NCBI GenBank assembly: GCA_963728205.1
Contig: CAVSIV010000001.1
Span: forward strand, 224,001-288,000
DNA from: an uncultured Chloroflexia bacterium
GTDB lineage: Bacteria; Chloroflexota; Dehalococcoidia; UBA2979
Reading direction: 5' to 3'
Length of the DNA stretch: 64,000 nucleotides
Part shown: positions 1 to 8,624 of the stretch, piece by piece
Layout of the letters: every line of letters begins with the position of its first letter
How positions within the stretch are numbered: position 1 is the stretch's first letter
The notes under the pieces: generated by a model
What the model was told of the DNA's origin: nothing
The model's database searches: none
Seen by the model: only the letters and a program-made list of their open reading frames with translations
Program-made: the position numbers and the translations under genes

Positions 1-1876
1 CAAGCAGCGGCCCCATGAACGAGCGGTACGGCGACTCGATCACCACCAGCGGCACGTCGGGGACGCGGCGGTCCCACATCGCCTCGAAGGCCTCGGTCTC
101 CACGCCCTCGTCGCGCACGATGTGGATCGCGGTGACGTTCGACGAGATCCCGCGCGCGTACTCGATCGCCCGCAGCCCGACGTAGTTCAGCTCGCGCACG
201 GGCACGAGCACCGGCCGCGACGGCAGGTTGTCCGGCCGGGGCGGCATCTCGATCGGCCCGTCGCCGGGGATCGCGAACCGACGTCGCAGCCCCTCGTAGT
301 GCGCGTGGATCTGGTGCAGCAGCGCGACGAACAGCGGGATCAGGATCAGCACGATCCACGCGCCGTGCTTGAACTTCGTCCCCGCGACCACCACCGCGAC
401 GACGCCGGTCATCGCCGCGCCGATCACGTTGATCACCGACGACCGCTTCCAGCCGGGCTCGCGCGTCTTCCGCCAGTGGATGAACAGGCCACTCTGCGAC
501 AGCGTGAACGCAATGAAGACGCCGACCGCGTACAGCGGGATCAGGCGGTGCGTGTCGGCGTTGAAGAGGATCACGATGACGGTCGCGATCGAGGCCAGCA
601 CGATGATCCCGTACGAGAACGCCAACCGGTCGCCGCGGAAGGTGAACTGCCGCGGCATGTAGCCGTCCTGCGCCATGATCGCCGCCAGGCGCGGGAAGCC
701 ATTGAACGCCGTGTTCGCCGCGAGGATCAGGATTAGCGCCGTCGCGCCCTGCAACAGGTAGTACGGCGGCGTCGTCCCGCCGAACGCCACGCGGCCGATC
801 TGCGAGATCACCGAGTCGTCGGTCACCGGGACGATGCCCTCGCGCACCGCGAGGAACGTCGCGCCCACGAAGAACGTCGCGAGGATCGCGCCCATTAGCG
901 CCATCGTCGTCGCGGCGTTCTTCGATTCGGGCGACTTGAACGCCTGCACGCCGTTCGCGATCGCCTCGACGCCGGTGAGCGCCGTGGACCCCGACGCGAA
1001 CGCGCGCAGGACGAGGAACAGCCCGAGTGGCTCGAGCACCTGCAGCGGCTGTCGTGGCGGCGCCGAGTGCGCGAGCGTCGGCAGGCCGGGCCCGAGGATC
1101 CGCCAGACGCCGGCGACGAGCATCGCGGCGAAGATCGCCACAAAGACGTAGGTCGGGATCGCGAAGATCGAGCCGGACTCGCGCACGCCGCGCAGGTTGA
1201 TGATCGTCATCGCGATAATCGAGACGACGGCGATCTCCACGCGCCACTGCGCAAGCCCCTGGTTGGCCGAGATCACCGCCAGCACGCCGGCGGAGATCGA
1301 CACGGCGACGGTCAGCACGTAGTCGGTCATCAGGGACGCGCCGGCGATCAGGCCCCAGAGGTCGCCCAGGTTCTCGCGCGACACCGAGTACGCGCCGCCG
1401 CCCTCCGGGTACGCCCGCACGGTCTGCCGGTACGACGCGACGACCATCGTCAGCAGCACGGTGATCGCAATGGCGATCGGCAGCGCCATGGTCAGGCTCT
1501 GCTGCCCCGCGAGGACGAGGACGAGCAGGATCTCCTCGGTGGCGTATGCCGTGGACGAGAGGGCGTCGGACGCGAAGATCGCGAGCGCCTTGAGCTTGCC
1601 GAGGCGCTCCTCGGTGTCCGCGGCGGTCGGGAGCGGGGTGCCGAAGAGGCGCCGCCGCACCCCGGCGAACAGCCGGCCGAAGAAGCCGTGGGGCCGGTCG
1701 GCGGCGAGGGTGGCGATCCAGTGGCGGGCGTCGAGGAAGCGGATCAGGCGGTCGCGCGGGCGGACGACGCGGTAGCGCTGTGAGCCGGGCTTCGCGCCGC
1801 GCCGCATCTCGCCCGGCGTGCGCGGTGTCGGCTCGCGCCCGTCGTCGCGTCGCGGGGGCTGACGCTGCTCCGTCAT
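1..1876 (-). CDS. APC-family permease, KimA/YdaO-like K+ transporter (3' end runs off the window)
   Basis: Manual minus-strand translation gives ...ERLGKLKALAIFASDALSSTAYATEEIL..., many TM segments, and C-terminal LVVIESPYRSFMGPLL typical of KimA/YdaO. In-frame ATGs at 1876 and 1807. Absent from the ORF track because it is truncated. Confidence 0.85.
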   Translation of the reverse strand, partial: MTEQRQPPRRDDGREPTPRTPGEMRRGAKPGSQRYRVVRPRDRLIRFLDARHWIATLAADRPHGFFGRLFAGVRRRLFGTPLPTAADTEERLGKLKALAIFASDALSSTAYATEEILLVLVLAGQQSLTMALPIAIAITVLLTMVVASYRQTVRAYPEGGGAYSVSRENLGDLWGLIAGASLMTDYVLTVAVSISAGVLAVISANQGLAQWRVEIAVVSIIAMTIINLRGVRESGSIFAIPTYVFVAIFAAMLVAGVWRILGPGLPTLAHSAPPRQPLQVLEPLGLFLVLRAFASGSTALTGVEAIANGVQAFKSPESKNAATTMALMGAILATFFVGATFLAVREGIVPVTDDSVISQIGRVAFGGTTPPYYLLQGATALILILAANTAFNGFPRLAAIMAQDGYMPRQFTFRGDRLAFSYGIIVLASIATVIVILFNADTHRLIPLYAVGVFIAFTLSQSGLFIHWRKTREPGWKRSSVINVIGAAMTGVVAVVVAGTKFKHGAWIVLILIPLFVALLHQIHAHYEGLRRRFAIPGDGPIEMPPRPDNLPSRPVLVPVRELNYVGLRAIEYARGISSNVTAIHIVRDEGVETEAFEAMWDRRVPDVPLVVIESPYRSFMGPLL

Positions 1877-2065
1877 CGACCGGCCTCTCTGCGCCCGATG
1901 CTCCCCCGGCGGGCGCAGCGGGGCGCGGGGGCCGGCTGCGCGTGGCGGTGGGCGTCGCCCGATCCTAAGTGACGATCGCGCAAAGGGGGACGCATGCTTT
2001 AATGAGGTCACCCGGGGTGCGCGCCGGCTCGCTCCGCCGCCGCGCATCGCCAGTGGCGAGGTCGC

Positions 2066-2761
2066 GTGACGTACGTTCCGGTCGCCAACAAGCGCCTCCT
2101 GGTCGTCGACGACGACCAGGCCGTGACGAGCCTGCTGCGCCGCGGCTTCACCTACGAGGGCTTCAGCGTGCAGACGGCGTCGTCGGGCGAAGAGGCCCTG
2201 CGCCGCGTCCACGAGGAGCCGCCCGACCTCGTCGTGCTCGACCTCATGATGCCCGGCATCGACGGCATCGAGGTCTGCCGCCGCCTCCGCGGCGCCGACG
2301 CGCGGCTTCCCATCCTCATCCTCACCGCGCGCGACGCCGTCCCCGACGAGGTCGCGGGCCTCGACGCCGGGGCGGACGACTATGTCACCAAGCCCTTCAG
2401 CTTCGACGTCCTGAATGCTCGCATCCGCTCGCTGCTGCGTCGCAAGGGAGGCTCGCAGCCCGAGACGCTGCGCTATCTCGACCTCAGCCTCGACGTGCGC
2501 GGCCGCGTCGCCTACCGCGGCGAGCGCCGCGTCGACCTCACGGCCACGGAGTTCGACCTGCTCGCGCTGCTACTCGGGCACGCCCAGCGCGTGCTCACAA
2601 AGGAGCAGATCCTCGAGCGCGTCTGGGGCTACGACTTCGGGGGCAACACCAACATCGTCGAGGTCTACGTGCGGTCGCTGCGCATCAAGCTGGAGGCCGG
2701 CGGCGAGCCGAGGCTGATCCAGACCGTGCGCGGCTACGGCTACGTGCTCCGCGAGGCATGA
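2066..2761 (+). CDS. OmpR/PhoB-family DNA-binding response regulator (MprA-like)
   Basis: [22 protein letters not shown], winged-helix C-terminus IQTVRGYGY. Confidence 0.95.
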   Translation: MTYVPVANKRLLVVDDDQAVTSLLRRGFTYEGFSVQTASSGEEALRRVHEEPPDLVVLDLMMPGIDGIEVCRRLRGADARLPILILTARDAVPDEVAGLDAGADDYVTKPFSFDVLNARIRSLLRRKGGSQPETLRYLDLSLDVRGRVAYRGERRVDLTATEFDLLALLLGHAQRVLTKEQILERVWGYDFGGNTNIVEVYVRSLRIKLEAGGEPRLIQTVRGYGYVLREA

Positions 2762-2771
2762 CCTGGCGCTC

Positions 2772-2870
2772 GTGTCGCTAACGCCCCGGCCGGTACGGCC
2801 ATGTCGCTGAAACCCCGGCCGGTACGGCCATGTCGCTGAAACCCCGGCCGGCACCACCATGTCGCTGAAA
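2772..2870 (+). repeat. 29-bp tandem repeat (3 copies plus a partial fourth) containing the kinase start sequence
   Basis: RTGTCGCTRAxxCCCCGGCCGG... units start at 2772, 2801 and 2830; the fourth ATGTCGCTGAAA at 2859 is the kinase start. Confidence 0.95.
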
Positions 2871-4370
2871 TTGCGCCTCGCGCTCTGGTACGCCGGCCTC
2901 ACCACCGCCGTCGTCCTCGGGATCGTCGCGACGGCCTACGTCATCCACGGCCGCAGCCAGTACCTCGACGTCGACACCAAGCTCGCCGGAGACGCCGCGG
3001 AGTACGTCCCGGTGCTGCGCTTCGTCGCCGGCGACGCCGGCGCGCAGGTGCCCTCGGCCGGTCCGACCTCCTTCGTGCAGCTCTACGACGCGCACGGCGT
3101 CCCGATCGACGGCGGGGGTGCCTCGCCGCAGCCGCCGCTCGGGCCGCTCGCGACCGTCGCCGCCGACGCCGGCCCCGCCTACGGCCCGCCCCTGCGCTGG
3201 CTCCCCGGCGGCGGCATCGACACGCCCGGCCACTTCGCGACCGTGCGCGATCCCGGCGGACACCGCGTGCGCGTCTACGCGCAGCGCGTCGCGACGAGCG
3301 GCGCCCTCACGGGCTACGTCGAGACGTGGGCGTCGCTCGAGGCCACCGACGCCTCCATGGTGCGCTTCCGCCAGATCATGCTCGGGCTCGCGATCACCAG
3401 CGTGATCGCCGTCGGCCTGCTGGGGCGCGCCATCGCCGGCCTCGCCCTGCGGCCCGTGAGCACGATGATCGCCACAGCCCAGGCGAACGCGACCCTGCGC
3501 GGCTTCGGCAGGCGCGTGCCCGAGCCGCACCCCGAGCGCCACGACGAGCTCTCCACGCTCGCGCGCACCTTCAACGAGATGCTCGATTCGCTGCAGGGCG
3601 CCTATGTCGCGCAGCAGCGCTTCATCGCCGACGCCGCGCACGAGCTCCGCGCGCCGCTCACGGCGATCCGCGGCAACATCGAGCTGCTCGAGCGCGTGAA
3701 GGACATGCCGGCAGAGGACCGCGAGGAGGCGCTCGGCGATCTGCAGCGCGAGTCGCTGCGCCTGCTCGGGCTCGTCGAGCAGCTCCTCCAGCTCGCGCGC
3801 TCGGACGCCGGCCTGCGCGTCCGGTTCCGCCCGGTCGAGCTCGACGCCGTGCTGCTGCAGGCGATCGCCGACATGCGTTCGCTGCCCGGCGCCTCGCGCC
3901 TGGAGCTGAACTCGCTCGTGCCGCTCACGGTCCGCGGCGACGCCGACCGCCTGCGGCAGCTGATCACGATCCTGCTCGACAACGCCTACAAGTACACGCC
4001 CGCCGGCGGCCGCATCCACACCTGGCTGCTGCTCGACCGGAGCGACGCCGTGCTGCGCGTCCAGGACAGCGGCGTCGGCATCTCCGCCGCGGACCTGCCC
4101 CACGTCTTCGAGCGCTTCTTCCGCGCCGATCCCGCGCGCTCCCGCGACCCCGGCGGTTCGGGGCTTGGTCTCCCGATCGCGAAGTCGATCGTCGACCAGC
4201 ACGGCGGGCAGATCGACATCGTCAGCGTCGCCGGCGCGGGTACGACGGTGACCGTCCGTCTCCCCGTGCTGACGCCGCGCACCGGCGCGCGGGACCCCGG
4301 CGTGGACGACGACGCGGCGGGCGCCGCGCGCGTCGCGGATGCCCCCGGCGGCGGGGCCGCCTCGTCCTGA
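2859..4370 (+). CDS. HAMP-domain sensor histidine kinase
   Basis: Two TM helices, HAMP (DELSTLARTFNEML), H-box AAHELRAPL, N-box LLDNAYKY, G boxes DSGVG and GSGLGL. Confidence 0.95.
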   Translation: MSLKLRLALWYAGLTTAVVLGIVATAYVIHGRSQYLDVDTKLAGDAAEYVPVLRFVAGDAGAQVPSAGPTSFVQLYDAHGVPIDGGGASPQPPLGPLATVAADAGPAYGPPLRWLPGGGIDTPGHFATVRDPGGHRVRVYAQRVATSGALTGYVETWASLEATDASMVRFRQIMLGLAITSVIAVGLLGRAIAGLALRPVSTMIATAQANATLRGFGRRVPEPHPERHDELSTLARTFNEMLDSLQGAYVAQQRFIADAAHELRAPLTAIRGNIELLERVKDMPAEDREEALGDLQRESLRLLGLVEQLLQLARSDAGLRVRFRPVELDAVLLQAIADMRSLPGASRLELNSLVPLTVRGDADRLRQLITILLDNAYKYTPAGGRIHTWLLLDRSDAVLRVQDSGVGISAADLPHVFERFFRADPARSRDPGGSGLGLPIAKSIVDQHGGQIDIVSVAGAGTTVTVRLPVLTPRTGARDPGVDDDAAGAARVADAPGGGAASS

Positions 4371-4469
4371 GCGCGCGCGTCGCCGGCCTCAGGGCCACCT
4401 CAGGCCCTCCTCAGCAGGGATTCAGCGGCACGGCCGACGCTCGAAGCAGTACCGCGAAGGCAGGGCCGG

Positions 4470-4860
4470 ATGAGCATCGGCAGCGGATCGAGCTCGCACG
4501 TGGCGGCGCGGCCGGCGACGCACCGCGTGGGCACCGGTCCGGACAGCATCTACCTGCATGCGGTCGCGCCGAAGGTCGTCGCCGGGGGACCGGTCGCGAT
4601 TCTGCGGCTACCCGCTGCGCGAGACGACGCTGCGTCCCGCGCGCGGCGACGGCGGTGCCTTCGAAGAGCTGGTTCGGACGTCTGCCCACTGCTGCCCCGA
4701 GTGCCGCTCCGGGCTGGCGCTCGACGGTGCCGCGCGGCAGGCTGCTCGTCCGCGCGCCGCGCGGTGGGCGTGGATGAAGTGGGTGGCCCTCGCGATGGCG
4801 GCCGCGACGTCGCTCGGGGGGATCGTGCGCGTCGCCGCGACGCTGGTTCGTCGGTTCTGA
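4470..4860 (+). pseudogene. Small putative Zn-binding membrane-anchored protein, frameshifted at about 4600
   Basis: Deleting one T in GATTC (4598-4602) joins YLHAV...PVA to ICGYP...HCCPEC... and a C-terminal hydrophobic helix, giving 130 codons. Confidence 0.45.
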
Positions 4861-4902
4861 CGCTCGCGCGCCATGCAGGGTCGATAGCGCAAAGGAACGC
4901 AC

Positions 4903-5121
4903 ATGTTCGGTGACATTGGCTGGCAGGAGCTGGTGCTGACGCTGGCGATCCTCGCCCTGGTCTTCGGGGCGAGCCGCGTGGCGGACATCGGCGGGGCCCT
5001 CGGCAAGGGCATCCGCGAATTCCGCACCGAGATGAAGGGCGATGAGGACACGACGCCGACGCCGAAGTCGCAGTCGGCCGACGCGGCCGCGCCGGCCGCG
5101 CCGAAGGACGCCGCCGAGTAG
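4903..5121 (+). CDS. tatA: Twin-arginine translocase TatA/TatE subunit
   Basis: MFGDIGWQELVLTLAILALVFGASRVADIGGALGKGIREFR; AAGGA RBS. Confidence 0.93.
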   Translation: MFGDIGWQELVLTLAILALVFGASRVADIGGALGKGIREFRTEMKGDEDTTPTPKSQSADAAAPAAPKDAAE

Positions 5122-5378
5122 CGTCGTCCCCGTTCGCGAGCACGCAGCTCGCACCCCCCGCGCCCCCGCCGTCGGGCGCCGCGCGCGGGGGGAGATGCAT
5201 TCGACGCGATCGCGCGCGACAATCCCCGACGAGCAACGCTCACTCCCGTGAGTCGGGGTCGTGGCCCGGCGCACCCTGCGCCGCGCCAGGCGTCTCCTGA
5301 CGCCGACGCCCCAGCCTGAGCGACGCCGCCGGCGCCGCACCGGGAGCGGGTGCGCGCGGGGAGCGGTCGCGAGCGCAC

Positions 5379-7880
5379 GTGCACATCACCTTCGAACGGC
5401 CCAGGCAAGGCGTCATCGCCGCGCGCGATCGGCTGCTCGGCAACTACCTGCGCAAGTGGGTCATCCTCGGCCTGTGCATCGGCCTGATCGCCGGCGTCGG
5501 CGCCGACGCCCTGCTGATCGCCAAGGACTGGGCCTCGCAGCTCTTCCTCGGCGACCTCGTCGGCTACGCCGTGCCGCTGCCCCGCGGTGAGGGCGTCCCC
5601 GTGGTCACCGCGATGGCGCGCCCCTGGCTGCTGCCCCTGTCGCTGGCGCTGGGCGGCCTGCTCTCCGGGCTCATCGCGTTCCGTCTCGCCCCTGAGATCG
5701 CGTACGGCGGCATGAACCACGCCATCGACGCCTTCCACGAGGCCGGCGGCCGCATGCGCAAGCGCGTGCCCGTCCTCAAGCTCGTGGCCTCCGCGATCAC
5801 GATCGGCTCGGGCGGCAGCGCCGGCCGCGAGGGCCCGGCGGCGCAGATCGGCGCCGGCATCGCCTCGTGGATGGGCGACGCGTTCCACCTCTCGCCCGCC
5901 GACCGTCGCATCGCGATCGCCGTCGGCATCGGCGCCGGCATCGGCGCGATCTTCAAGGTGCCGCTCGGCGGCGCGCTCCTCGGCGCCGAGGTCCTCTACG
6001 TCCGCGACTTCGAGCTGGAGGCGCTCGTCCCGGGCTTCATCGCCTCGTCCACCGCCTACGCGGTGGTCGCGACGCTGACCTCGTGGACGCCGCTCTTCGG
6101 CGGCCAGGCGGGCATCCAGTTCTCCGACCCGTCGCAGCTCGTCTGGTACGGGGTCCTCGGTGTCGCGTGCGCCGCCGCCGGCCTGCTCTTCGTGCGCGTC
6201 ATGCACCTGCTGCGCCACTCGTTCGACGAGCTCGCGCTGCCCCGCGAGGTGAAGCCCGCGCTCGGCGGCCTTGCCGTGGGCCTCATCGCCCTGGTCTTCC
6301 CCCAGATCCTGTCCGGCGGCTACGGCTGGATCCAGTTCGCGATCGACGGCAATACCGCGGAGCTCGCGGTCACCGTCATGATCGCGCTGGTCTTCGTGAA
6401 GATGGTCGCCACGGCGCTCACCATCGAGTCGGGAGCCAGCGGCGGCGACCTCGCGCCCGCGCTGTTCATCGGCGCGATGGTCGGCGGCGGGATGTGGGGG
6501 CTGCTGCACGGCAACGTGCCGGCGTTCCCCGCGCAGGCCGCGCCGTTCGTCGTCGTGGGGATGGGCGCGTTCTTCGGCGGGATCGCGAAGGCTCCGATCT
6601 CGTCGATCCTCATGGTCGCCCAGATGACCGGCGAGTTCTCCATGATCATGCCGGCCATGGTCGCCGTCTCGATCGCCTACATCCTGACCGGCGACACCAC
6701 GATCTACGGCAGCCAGGTGCCCACGCGCGCCGACTCCTCCGCGCACCGCGGCGAGTACACGATCCCCCTGATCCAGACGATCAGCGTCGCCCAGGCGATG
6801 CGACAGGTGCCGACCGTCGGGCCCGACGACGCCGTCACCGTGCCCGAGCAGCTGCTCGAGGACGGCGAACTGCGCGCCGTGCCCGTCGTCGCGGACGGCC
6901 GGCTGGTCGGCATCATCACGGTCACCGACATCATTCGCGCGCGCGCGGACGACCGCACGCGCGTCGGCGACGTGATGCATCGCGACCCGCTGATCGCGTA
7001 CCCGACGGACAGCCTGCACACGGCGCTGCAGCGGATGGCCCGCGCGTCGATCGGCGCGCTGCCCGTCGTGCAGCGCGAGCGGCCCGACCAGCTGCTCGGC
7101 CTGGTCACGATGGCGGATCTCGCGCGCGTGCTCGACGCACAGGCGAACGAGCTGACGTCGCGCCCCGAGGGCGTGCGCTCCGCGGCGGACGACCCGCTGC
7201 GCTACGTGCCCGTCGAGGAGGTGATGAGCCGCACCTTCGAGACGGTGCCGCTCACGGCGCCGCTCGAGGCGGTGGCGAACCGGCTCTCCGAGTCCGGCCA
7301 GCACGCCGTGCTCGTGGTCGACGGGGAAGGCAGTCTCGCCGGCATCGTCACGCTGACCGACCTCGAGCGGGCGGCGGCCGGGGAGGACGGCTCAACGCCG
7401 GTGTCGAACATCATGACGCGCAACGTCGTCACCGCGCGCGTCGGCCAGTTCATCTCCGAGGCGCTGGCGCAGTCCGGCGCGGAGGCTGCGCGGCAGATCG
7501 CCGTGATCAACGACCGCGACCCCGCGCACCGCAACGTGCCGGTCGGCCTGCTCCGGCGCAACGACATGGTGCTGGCGTACCTGCGCGGCCGGGAGCGGCT
7601 CGCCTCGGCGAGCGAGCGGGCCCGCCAGCGCGGCAACAGCCCCGACGACGAGGTCGTGGCCACCGAGATGCCGATCGAGCGGCTGGACCGCGCGAATGGG
7701 CAGACGCTCGCCGAGCTGCGCCTGCCGCCCGGCGCCGTGATCACCGCCGTCGAGCGCGACGGCTCCGTGCTCGTGCCGCGCGGCCAGCTGCGGCTGCTCG
7801 CCGGCGACCGCGTGCGCATCCTCGCCAACCGCGACGTCCTCGACGCCGTGCTGGCGCGCTTCCACTCCGGCGCCGTGTAG
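5379..7880 (+). CDS. ClC-family anion channel/antiporter with two CBS pairs and a C-terminal RCK_C (TrkA-C) domain
   Basis: GGSAGREGPAAQIG, FKVPLGGALLGAEV, IAKAPISSILMVAQMTG, four CBS repeats, C-terminal GQTLAELRLPPGAVITAVERDG...GDRV. Confidence 0.93.
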   Translation: MHITFERPRQGVIAARDRLLGNYLRKWVILGLCIGLIAGVGADALLIAKDWASQLFLGDLVGYAVPLPRGEGVPVVTAMARPWLLPLSLALGGLLSGLIAFRLAPEIAYGGMNHAIDAFHEAGGRMRKRVPVLKLVASAITIGSGGSAGREGPAAQIGAGIASWMGDAFHLSPADRRIAIAVGIGAGIGAIFKVPLGGALLGAEVLYVRDFELEALVPGFIASSTAYAVVATLTSWTPLFGGQAGIQFSDPSQLVWYGVLGVACAAAGLLFVRVMHLLRHSFDELALPREVKPALGGLAVGLIALVFPQILSGGYGWIQFAIDGNTAELAVTVMIALVFVKMVATALTIESGASGGDLAPALFIGAMVGGGMWGLLHGNVPAFPAQAAPFVVVGMGAFFGGIAKAPISSILMVAQMTGEFSMIMPAMVAVSIAYILTGDTTIYGSQVPTRADSSAHRGEYTIPLIQTISVAQAMRQVPTVGPDDAVTVPEQLLEDGELRAVPVVADGRLVGIITVTDIIRARADDRTRVGDVMHRDPLIAYPTDSLHTALQRMARASIGALPVVQRERPDQLLGLVTMADLARVLDAQANELTSRPEGVRSAADDPLRYVPVEEVMSRTFETVPLTAPLEAVANRLSESGQHAVLVVDGEGSLAGIVTLTDLERAAAGEDGSTPVSNIMTRNVVTARVGQFISEALAQSGAEAARQIAVINDRDPAHRNVPVGLLRRNDMVLAYLRGRERLASASERARQRGNSPDDEVVATEMPIERLDRANGQTLAELRLPPGAVITAVERDGSVLVPRGQLRLLAGDRVRILANRDVLDAVLARFHSGAV

Positions 7881-8029
7881 CCGCCGCGCGAGCGGCAGGT
7901 GAGCGCGAGGCGCCGCCCGCACATCCCGACGACCGGTCTGTCTCCGCCGCGCACACCGCTCGCCCGCGCCCTGCCGCGCTTCGCGGCCGCGGGTATGCTG
8001 ACGCCGCTGTCCGCACGCGAGGTTCGCCC

Positions 8030-8419
8030 ATGCCGCCCGACGCCGATCCCCGCGCTCGCGATGACGACGACGCGGGGCTGCGCGTGCGCTCGAAGGTGTG
8101 GGTCGAGCGCGACGGCACGGTGGTCATCAGCGAGTACCGCGCGCGCCTGCTCTCGGCGATCGCCGAGCACGGCTCGGTCGCGGCCGCCGCGGACGCCGTC
8201 GGGCTCCCGTACCGCACCGCGTGGAAGAAGCTGCGCGAGATGGAGGAGGCGGCGGGCGTCCCGCTGGTCGCCTCCGACTCCGGCGGCGCGGCCGGCGGCG
8301 CGAGCCGGCTGACCCCTGCCGCGCGCGCGCTCCTCGACGCCTTCCAACGGGTGAGCGAACCGGTCGCGCACGAGGTCGAGGCGCGCTTTCGCCGCGAGCG
8401 GACACACTTCGACACGTGA
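8030..8419 (+). CDS. ModE N-terminal-type winged-helix transcriptional regulator without molbindin domain
   Basis: KVWVE...RARLLSAIAEHGSVAAAADAVGLPYRTAWKKLREME...GGAAGGASRLT. Confidence 0.85.
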   Translation: MPPDADPRARDDDDAGLRVRSKVWVERDGTVVISEYRARLLSAIAEHGSVAAAADAVGLPYRTAWKKLREMEEAAGVPLVASDSGGAAGGASRLTPAARALLDAFQRVSEPVAHEVEARFRRERTHFDT

Positions 8420-8624
8420 CTTTTGCGCAGCCGACGGCGCGCAATCGCGTGCGTGAAAACGCATGACGCCGGTAGTAGATTTCCTCCGGGGCCGCCCATA
8501 GGATGCGCGGGCCGGCAGACCGACAGACTGCCGGTATGTAATCCGGGCCGAGCACACGTTCGGCCGGACAAGGGGCGCGCCGCGCACGGAACACGGCGCG
8601 CGCCGCCATGCACGGAGGGGACTC

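Noticed and set aside
2772-2870. CRISPR array (29-bp period)
   Set aside because: Head-to-tail repeat with no spacers.
5130-5378. Fluoride or c-di-AMP riboswitch upstream of ClC
   Set aside because: The canonical GGCGAUGG...UGAUGAC and GCUGAAU...GGGGGACC consensus elements are not present; kept only as an unnamed structured-leader candidate.
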